DNA from: an uncultured delta proteobacterium
Lineage (GTDB): Bacteria > Desulfobacterota > Binatia > Binatales > Binataceae
Assembly (NCBI GenBank): GCA_963711565.1
Contig: CAVQEQ010000004.1
Location: 1,152,001 to 1,216,000 of the forward strand
Length of the DNA stretch: 64,000 nt
Reading direction: 5' to 3'
The position numbers and the translations under genes were made by a program. The notes beneath the pieces were generated by a model. That model saw only the letters and a program-made list of their open reading frames with translations, was not told the DNA's origin and did not search any database. Positions 58,077-64,000 of this stretch are shown here, one piece after another; the stretch's first letter is position 1, and each line of letters begins with the position of its first letter.

Positions 58077-59324
58077 GTGGACGAACTCAAGCGAACTGAC
58101 CCTGAGATTTACGACCTCATCAAAGCTGAAGAGCGCTACGAGATCGATTCGGTCCGGCTGATCGCGTCGGAGAATTACGTTTCGAAGGCGGTGCTCGAAG
58201 CGACCGGCTCGATTCTCACCAACAAGTATTCCGAAGGCTACCCCGGACGCCGTTACTATGAGGGGCAACGTAACGTCGATCAGATCGAAGAGCTCGCGAT
58301 CCAGCGCGCCAAGGCGCTGTTCAACGTCGAGCACGCAAATGTGCAGCCGTACTCGGGCTCGCCCGCCAACGTCGCGGTATATTTCGCGCTGCTCAAGCCC
58401 GGCGACACCATCATGGGCCTCGCGCTGCCGCACGGCGGCCATCTGACGCACGGATGGCCGGTGAGCATCACCGGTACGTTCTGGAAGTCGGCGCAGTACG
58501 TGGTGGATCGCGAGAGTCACGTCGTCGATTTCGACGAGGTCCGCGCGCTGGCGCGCAAGGAGCGGCCGAAAATAATCGTGACCGGCGGCACCGCCTATCC
58601 GCGGCTGTGGGATTTCAAGAGTTTCAGCGAAGTCGCAAAGGAAGTCGGCGCGCTGCTGCTCGCCGACATTTCACATATCGCGGGACTGATCGTCGGCGGC
58701 GTGCATCCGAGCCCGGTCCCGTACGCCGACGTGATCATGACGACCACGCACAAGACGCTGCGCGGTCCGCGCGGCGCGATGATCATGTGCCGCAACGAGT
58801 ACGCCGAGTCGATCGACAAGGCGGTCTTCCCCGGCTTGCAGGGGGGGCCGCACAATCACACGACCGCGGCGATCGCGGTCGCGCTGAAGGAAGCATCGAC
58901 GCCGGAGTTCAAACAGTACGCGAAGAAAGTTGTGAGCAACGCCAAGACGCTCGCCGACGAACTGCTCGCGCGCGGCTTCAGTCTCGTCTCGGGCGGCACC
59001 GACAATCATCTGATCCTTGTCGATCTCACGAGCAAAAAAGTGAATGGCAACAAAGGCGCGAAGGCGCTCGACGCCGCCGGCATCGTCTGCAACAAAAACA
59101 CGGTCCCGTACGATCCGCGCAAGCCCTTCAGCCCCAGCGGCCTGCGCCTCGGCACGCCGGCGGTAACCTCGCGCGGAATGGGCGACGCGGAGATGCGCCA
59201 GATCGGAAAATTCATGGACGAAGCGATCGCGCACGCCGGCGACGAGGCCGCGCTACGCCGCATCGCAGCCGCAGTCACGGAAATGTGCCGCAAATTCCCC
59301 GCTCCCGGAATCGCGATCACCTAG
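58077..59324 (+). CDS. glyA: serine hydroxymethyltransferase
   Basis: LIASEN, NKYSEGYPGRRYY, HGGHLTHG, TTTHKTLRGPRG, GLQGGP. Confidence 0.97.
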   Translation: MDELKRTDPEIYDLIKAEERYEIDSVRLIASENYVSKAVLEATGSILTNKYSEGYPGRRYYEGQRNVDQIEELAIQRAKALFNVEHANVQPYSGSPANVAVYFALLKPGDTIMGLALPHGGHLTHGWPVSITGTFWKSAQYVVDRESHVVDFDEVRALARKERPKIIVTGGTAYPRLWDFKSFSEVAKEVGALLLADISHIAGLIVGGVHPSPVPYADVIMTTTHKTLRGPRGAMIMCRNEYAESIDKAVFPGLQGGPHNHTTAAIAVALKEASTPEFKQYAKKVVSNAKTLADELLARGFSLVSGGTDNHLILVDLTSKKVNGNKGAKALDAAGIVCNKNTVPYDPRKPFSPSGLRLGTPAVTSRGMGDAEMRQIGKFMDEAIAHAGDEAALRRIAAAVTEMCRKFPAPGIAIT

Positions 59325-59341
59325 ACTCCTCGTGATTGTTC

Positions 59342-59376
59342 TTCTTCCCTCGAGGGAAAGGGTTAGGGGTTAGGTT
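59342..59376 (+). repeat. REP-like palindrome family B, copy 2
   Basis: TTCTTCCCTCGAGGGAAAGGGTTAGGGGTTAGGTT. Confidence 0.8.
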
Positions 59377-59410
59377 GACTTTCCAAACGTCGAGACGCGA
59401 TAAAAACCCC

Positions 59411-60490
59411 ATGACAAAAATAAAAGTTGAACGCGGCCTCAATCTCGGGATGGCGTACACCCCCGACATGCAGGATGGCACCAAGCGGCCCGAGCCGACG
59501 TGGAGCACGATTCGCGACCAGGTCCGCGACGCCGATGCGCTCGGCTACGACACGATCCTCGCGGTCGAAACTCAGCACGACCCATATCTCCAGCTTGCAG
59601 TCGCGGCGCAAGAGCCGTCGAAGATCGAGCTGGCCACCGGCATCGCGCTCGCATTCACCAAGAGTCCCGTCGCGACCGCGTACACCGCGTGGGACTTGCA
59701 GCGAATGAGCGGCGGCAGGCTGAACCTCGGACTCGGCTCGCAGGTGAAGGGCCACGTGACACGGCGCTTCGGGATGCCGTGGTCGAAGCCCGCTCAGCGG
59801 ATGAAGGATTACGTCGGCGCGATGCGTGCGTGCTGGCGCACCTGGCAGACTCGCGAGCCGTTCAACTTTCAGAGCGAGCATTACAATCTCTCGCTGATGA
59901 CGCCGAACTTCGCGCCGCCGCCGGTTTCGGTTCCGCATATCCCCGTGCTGATCGCGGCGGTGCAGGAGCGGATGCTGCAAGTCGCGGGTGAAGTCTGCGA
60001 CGGTGTGCGCCTGCACGGAATCGTCACGCGAAAGTATCTCGATCAGATCGCGTTCCCGAATCTGAAAAAGGGCTTCGACAAATCGGGCAAGCCTGCCGCC
60101 GAATGGAGCAATTTTCAAATCGGCGGCGGCGGCTTCCTGTGCGCCGGGAAAGACCAGGACTCGCTCGCGCGCGCCGTCAGCGGAATGAAATCGACGATCG
60201 CGTTTTACGGTTCGACGCGCTCGTATCGTTCCAGTTTTGAAATCGACGGATGGGGCGACACCGCCGACAATTTGCACAAACTATCCGTGCAACAGAAATG
60301 GCCCGAGATGGCCAAGCTCGTGACCGACGAGATGGTGCACGCGTTCGCCGCGGTCGGCACCTATGACGAGATCGCGGAGGTAATCAAGAAGCGCTTCGCC
60401 GGCGTGAACCGCTTGATGTTCGACATGCCCGTGAGGAACGATCACGATCGCGGCGTGCTCAAGGAGATCCTCCAGGACTTGCGACGCTGA
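59411..60490 (+). CDS. LLM class (probably F420-dependent) oxidoreductase
   Basis: ETQHDP, AWDLQRMSGGRLNLGLGSQVKGH, IAFYGSTRSY (TIGR03617-like pattern). Confidence 0.88.
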   Translation: MTKIKVERGLNLGMAYTPDMQDGTKRPEPTWSTIRDQVRDADALGYDTILAVETQHDPYLQLAVAAQEPSKIELATGIALAFTKSPVATAYTAWDLQRMSGGRLNLGLGSQVKGHVTRRFGMPWSKPAQRMKDYVGAMRACWRTWQTREPFNFQSEHYNLSLMTPNFAPPPVSVPHIPVLIAAVQERMLQVAGEVCDGVRLHGIVTRKYLDQIAFPNLKKGFDKSGKPAAEWSNFQIGGGGFLCAGKDQDSLARAVSGMKSTIAFYGSTRSYRSSFEIDGWGDTADNLHKLSVQQKWPEMAKLVTDEMVHAFAAVGTYDEIAEVIKKRFAGVNRLMFDMPVRNDHDRGVLKEILQDLRR

Positions 60491-60493
60491 CGG

Positions 60494-61195
60494 TTATGCG
60501 AGCGGCGGGTTGATGTCAGACCACAGGCGCCGCATCAATTCGATATGGGTCTCCACCGCCCACAGCGTCTCGGCCGCGGCACTCTCGGGTATCGCGCGAA
60601 AGATCGAACCGGCGCTCGAGTCGCCGTGATCCTTGTCAACCTTGACGTGCACGCTGAAGAACAGCAGGGCGTCGTCCGAAAGCTTGTAGTGGCGGCTGAG
60701 TCCGTCGATCACGCGGACGTAAGCGTCGGGGTTGAAGAGCTCGGAGCCGAGGCTGATGCCGGCGAGCGTCACGTACCACGGTTTCGACTGCGCCAGCCAG
60801 TACATCCAATGCACCATCGCGGTCGCGTCGGCCGTCATGCTCGCGTTGAGCAATTGCGCGCGGGGAATTCCGATGGCCTCGCCGAATTCGAGATAGAGTT
60901 CGGGATGCGATCGATTGGCGCCGGAGACGCGGCCGAGTTCCTCCTCGATCAAGTTCTCGACGATCGCCTTGCGCGCCGGGAAGTCGTCGCACTTCGCATA
61001 GATGACGCCTAGGATATTGGCGTTGTGCGCCTTGTTGCCTATGAAGAGCTGCGTCGCCCAATGCCGAAGCTGTGCATCCGACAATTCGCCGCGCTCGATC
61101 TTTTCGATCGTCGGATGCGAGCGAAGCGTGCGATTGTTGCGCTCGAGTCTTTCGATCAGGCTTTTGAGCTGGCGCGTTCCTTTTTCGACATCCAT
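60494..61195 (-). CDS. heme-oxygenase-like diiron enzyme (PqqC/TenA/CADD superfamily)
   Basis: HPTIE, ENLIEEE...SHPEL, GSE, FFSVHVKVDKDH. Confidence 0.85.
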   Translation of the reverse strand: MDVEKGTRQLKSLIERLERNNRTLRSHPTIEKIERGELSDAQLRHWATQLFIGNKAHNANILGVIYAKCDDFPARKAIVENLIEEELGRVSGANRSHPELYLEFGEAIGIPRAQLLNASMTADATAMVHWMYWLAQSKPWYVTLAGISLGSELFNPDAYVRVIDGLSRHYKLSDDALLFFSVHVKVDKDHGDSSAGSIFRAIPESAAAETLWAVETHIELMRRLWSDINPPLA

Positions 61196-61197
61196 GA

Positions 61198-62847
61198 TCA
61201 GTTTCCTCGTGAAGCAACGAGTCCGTGCGCCGAAGCCGTGCGTTCGTTTGCGAGTTTTTCCGCGATGTCGCGCCGCAGCTCGGACTTTCTGATCTTGCCG
61301 ACGTTGGTAAGCGGCAATTCAGCTACGAGCTCGATTCGTTCGGGCCATTTGAACTGCGCGACGCCGCGAGCCGCAAGAAACTCGCGCATCGCCGCGAGCG
61401 CGAGGGTCGCTCCATTTCGAAGCGACAAGTAGGCGCACGCCTTCTCGCCGAGGATGGCATCGGGCATCGCAACCACGGCGGCGGCGCTGACCGCGGGATG
61501 CGCGATCAGGTGAGTTTCTATCTCCTCGGCGTTGACTTTCTCGCCGCCGCGATTGATCAGGTCCTTGATTCTACCCTCGACGACGAGATTGCCGGACGAA
61601 TCGAGCCGAACGAGGTCGCCGGTGCGGTAGAACCCATCGGCGGTGAACGCTTCCCGATTGCGATCCGGCGCGTGGAAGTAGGCGCGAATCGTGTACGGCC
61701 CGCGACACCACAGTTCACCAACCGCGCCGGCCGCGACGTCTGTTCCGTCGGGGTTGACGATCCGGATCTCGTCGGCCGGCGAGAGCGGGCTGCCCTGGGT
61801 CGTGAATGCGATTTCATCGCGCTCGTCGAGGCGTGTGTAGCACAACAATCCCTCAGACATGCCGAGCACTTGCTGCACAACGAGATGCGGATAAGTGCGT
61901 TTGAGATCGCGCGCAACCCGCTCTGGGAGCCGTTGACCGCCAACCGTGATCACGCGAAGCGATTTGAGATCAGCGCGTGAGGATTGGGGCAGGTCGAGGA
62001 TAGCGAGCGCGATCGTGGGAACGCACGGCAGATGAGTGATCTGTTCGCGCGCAATCGTGTTCGCAAGATCAGCCGCCTTGGTCGATTGACTGAAGAACGT
62101 GCGCGTGCCGCAGAGCAGCGCGCCGAGCAATCCGGGGCACGCCAAAGGGAAGTTGTGCTCGGCGGGAAGCGCAATCAGGATGCGCGATTCGGGCGTGAGC
62201 CCGCATGCGGCCGCGGACGCGCGCGCGTTGTACAGATAATCGGCGTGAGTGCGCGGGATGAGCTTCGGCATCCCCGTGGTGCCGCCGGAGAGCAGAAACA
62301 ACGCTACCTCGAATGGATCGCCCGAGGATTCGAGCGAACACGGCGCGCCGCCATGCTCATGCATGCAGACGCATCCGTCGGCCGGCGTCGTTGAAAGAAT
62401 GAGACGCACCTTGAGTTCGTGGGCGAGAGCGGTGTGATCGAATCCGCGATAGATGGGCGCGATGGCGAGCGCCTTTGCGTCGGCGAACGACACGAGATAC
62501 TCGAGCTCAGCCTTGCGATAGGCGGGCAACGCCATGACCGGAAGAGCGCCGAGCACGAGACACGCGAGCGTCAACGTCGCGAATTCAACGCAGTTAGGAA
62601 GTTGTATGACAACCCGATCGTTGCGCTCGATCCCATTGCGGGAGAGGAGGGCGGCGAGGCTCCTCGCTTCAGCAACCAACTGCGAAAAGGTGAGGCTTCG
62701 AGTCGTGTCAGCGACCGCGATGGAATCGGGGCGCTCCCGCGCTGCGTTTGCGACCGCCTCGCAGATGCTCTCGCGGCGCCAGATTCCTTCGCGCACATAG
62801 CGCTCTGCGAAGTCGGCGGGGAACGGCGTGCATCCTTCGAGCATCAT
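61198..62847 (-). CDS. aryl-acid adenylation enzyme (EntE/DhbE-like AMP ligase)
   Basis: LSGGTTGMPKLIPRTHADY, HNFPLACPG, GMSEGL, GPYTIRAY, FYRTGD, NRGGEK. Confidence 0.9.
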   Translation of the reverse strand: MMLEGCTPFPADFAERYVREGIWRRESICEAVANAARERPDSIAVADTTRSLTFSQLVAEARSLAALLSRNGIERNDRVVIQLPNCVEFATLTLACLVLGALPVMALPAYRKAELEYLVSFADAKALAIAPIYRGFDHTALAHELKVRLILSTTPADGCVCMHEHGGAPCSLESSGDPFEVALFLLSGGTTGMPKLIPRTHADYLYNARASAAACGLTPESRILIALPAEHNFPLACPGLLGALLCGTRTFFSQSTKAADLANTIAREQITHLPCVPTIALAILDLPQSSRADLKSLRVITVGGQRLPERVARDLKRTYPHLVVQQVLGMSEGLLCYTRLDERDEIAFTTQGSPLSPADEIRIVNPDGTDVAAGAVGELWCRGPYTIRAYFHAPDRNREAFTADGFYRTGDLVRLDSSGNLVVEGRIKDLINRGGEKVNAEEIETHLIAHPAVSAAAVVAMPDAILGEKACAYLSLRNGATLALAAMREFLAARGVAQFKWPERIELVAELPLTNVGKIRKSELRRDIAEKLANERTASAHGLVASRGN

Positions 62848-62850
62848 CGT

Positions 62851-63513
62851 TCAGCGGACGGACAGAGTCCCGGCGATCATGCGGAAACATTCATCCATGA
62901 TTCGGCCGCGCTGCTCGTAATCGCGCGCCGGCTCGTACCAGGTATAAAACCAGTTCATCGCGCCGAACAGCAGCGAGGTGAGGATTCGCGTCTGCTCGCG
63001 ATCGAGAGTTTTGTTGCGGTGCGCGGCGTAGGCCTCGAGTAAGCGGCGGCAGATGCGCGAGTACTCGCGCTTGAGACGCGTGATATCGGCGGCATAGCGG
63101 CCGGTGAGAGAATCGGCCTCGCGCACGAGCACTTTCATCTCGGCGAGATTGCTCATGTGGTATTCGAGATGGCTGCGGATGAAGAGTCGCAGGCGCTCTT
63201 CGGGGTCGTCGGTCGATGCTATCCGCGCTTCAGCGAGCGAAACGAGTTGCTCAAACGCGCGGTGCGAGATGAGGTAGAGCAGCTCCTCTTTGTTGCGCAG
63301 GTAGTAATAGATGCGGGGAAAGGAAATTCGCGCGCGCGCCGCGATGTCGCGAATCGATGCCAGGCCGAAACTCTTTTCGGCGAAGACCGCGGCGGCGGAG
63401 CGCAGGATGTGATCGATGTTCGCGTCGTAGCGCTCCTCGGGCGCCATCGTGCGCGCCGCCGGCTTGATGCGCGCGACCCGCTTCGGCGCCGCTTCGAGAT
63501 TCGACTTTTTCAA
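62851..63513 (-). CDS. TetR family regulator (KstR2/PaaR-like C-terminus)
   Basis: AAVFAEKSF..ASIRDIA...YYYLRNKEELL; GAMNWFYTWY. Confidence 0.92.
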   Translation of the reverse strand: MKKSNLEAAPKRVARIKPAARTMAPEERYDANIDHILRSAAAVFAEKSFGLASIRDIAARARISFPRIYYYLRNKEELLYLISHRAFEQLVSLAEARIASTDDPEERLRLFIRSHLEYHMSNLAEMKVLVREADSLTGRYAADITRLKREYSRICRRLLEAYAAHRNKTLDREQTRILTSLLFGAMNWFYTWYEPARDYEQRGRIMDECFRMIAGTLSVR

Positions 63514-63522
63514 TTGCTCACC

Positions 63523-64000
63523 TTAACTGAAACGGCGCCCGGCCGCCGGGTCGGGGATCGGGATCTCGAGCTTGGTCAGCAGATTGTTGACCTCCTCAGT
63601 GAACTCATCGCGCATCTGTTCATTGGTGCGGCGCCGCAGACCCCATTTGACATAGTCGAACTGCCGTTTGGATCCTGATTTCCCGAACATATCGAGACCC
63701 GCGGGGTACCACTTTGCGAGATGCTTGATCAACAGCGCGCGCCCGCGATCGCCTTCGCGCTGCAGATAGCGGCGAATGAGCCGATAACCGAACGCTGCAT
63801 GGCCGAGCTCCTCCTTGTGCACACGTTCCGCGATTCGCGCGAGCGGCTCGTAGCTGCATCCGACCCACTCGTAACCCATGTACGCGCCTTGCCGGTCGGC
63901 GAAGAAGCTGAACAGTCCATATTCCAGCCAGTCGGTCGCTTCGTCGCGCATTTCGAAAATATAGATCGGCATCGGCGACGCCATGAACTTGCTATCGACT
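63523..64000 (-). CDS. PaaA/BoxB-like ferritin-fold diiron aryl-CoA epoxidase subunit (5' part outside window)
   Basis: FADRQG, SYEPLAR, KEELGH, KWYPAGLDMFG, WGLRRRTNEQMR. Confidence 0.82.
   Translation of the reverse strand, partial: VDSKFMASPMPIYIFEMRDEATDWLEYGLFSFFADRQGAYMGYEWVGCSYEPLARIAERVHKEELGHAAFGYRLIRRYLQREGDRGRALLIKHLAKWYPAGLDMFGKSGSKRQFDYVKWGLRRRTNEQMRDEFTEEVNNLLTKLEIPIPDPAAGRRFS

Noticed and set aside
971-59376. Repeat families as a CRISPR array or integron cassette array
   Set aside because: Copies are kilobases apart with no regular spacers, no attC-type RYYYAAC/GTTRRRY ends were recognised, and there is no cas or intI gene.
60494-61195. PqqC or CADD-type pABA synthase
   Set aside because: No pqq or fol genes are adjacent, and the expected Tyr-rich motif is absent.
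61198-62847. Siderophore NRPS cluster
   Set aside because: No isochorismate synthase, carrier protein, condensation domain or TonB receptor is in the window.
29-63920. Many long antisense or alternate-frame ORFs (e.g. 9652-11052 +, 13962-15656 -, 18295-20010 -, 25928-27556 -, 36905-38719 +, 48720-50696 -, 56637-58520 -)
   Set aside because: They shadow well-supported genes, are Arg/Ala-rich and have no motifs, as expected in high-GC DNA.

Overview
High-GC chromosomal window, almost fully coding. The gene mix suggests a deltaproteobacteria-like lineage such as Candidatus Binatota; this is an inference, not a search result. Core genes: an alaC-hom-thrC-(hydrolase)-apgM-glpX operon, hisS-aspS, glgB, yacG-lpxA, a ccmEFH(I)ABCD cytochrome c maturation operon of the CxxxY-CcmE type, cbpA-cbpM, pepP, uppP, glyA and tRNA-Arg(CCG). 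Many lipid/aromatic catabolic enzymes are present: acyl-CoA dehydrogenase, enoyl-CoA hydratase, DUF35 plus thiolase, two family III CoA-transferases, hot-dog proteins, an F420-type LLM, and a PaaA-like/TetR/aryl-AMP ligase/heme-oxygenase-like diiron cluster cut by the right edge. No transposase, integrase or CRISPR array was seen. The most notable signals are: (i) four families of short palindromic intergenic repeats, especially a co-oriented ~65-nt two-hairpin element in 5 copies with compensatory changes, two copies of which bracket one gene; (ii) a promoter-hairpin-terminator leader with a possible leaderless peptide before an MFS gene; (iii) full-length enzymes with substituted catalytic motifs (GlpX, both CoA-transferases, LpxA); (iv) a TA toxin broken by a 4-bp duplication; (v) a symmetric 8-Cys mini-lipoprotein.
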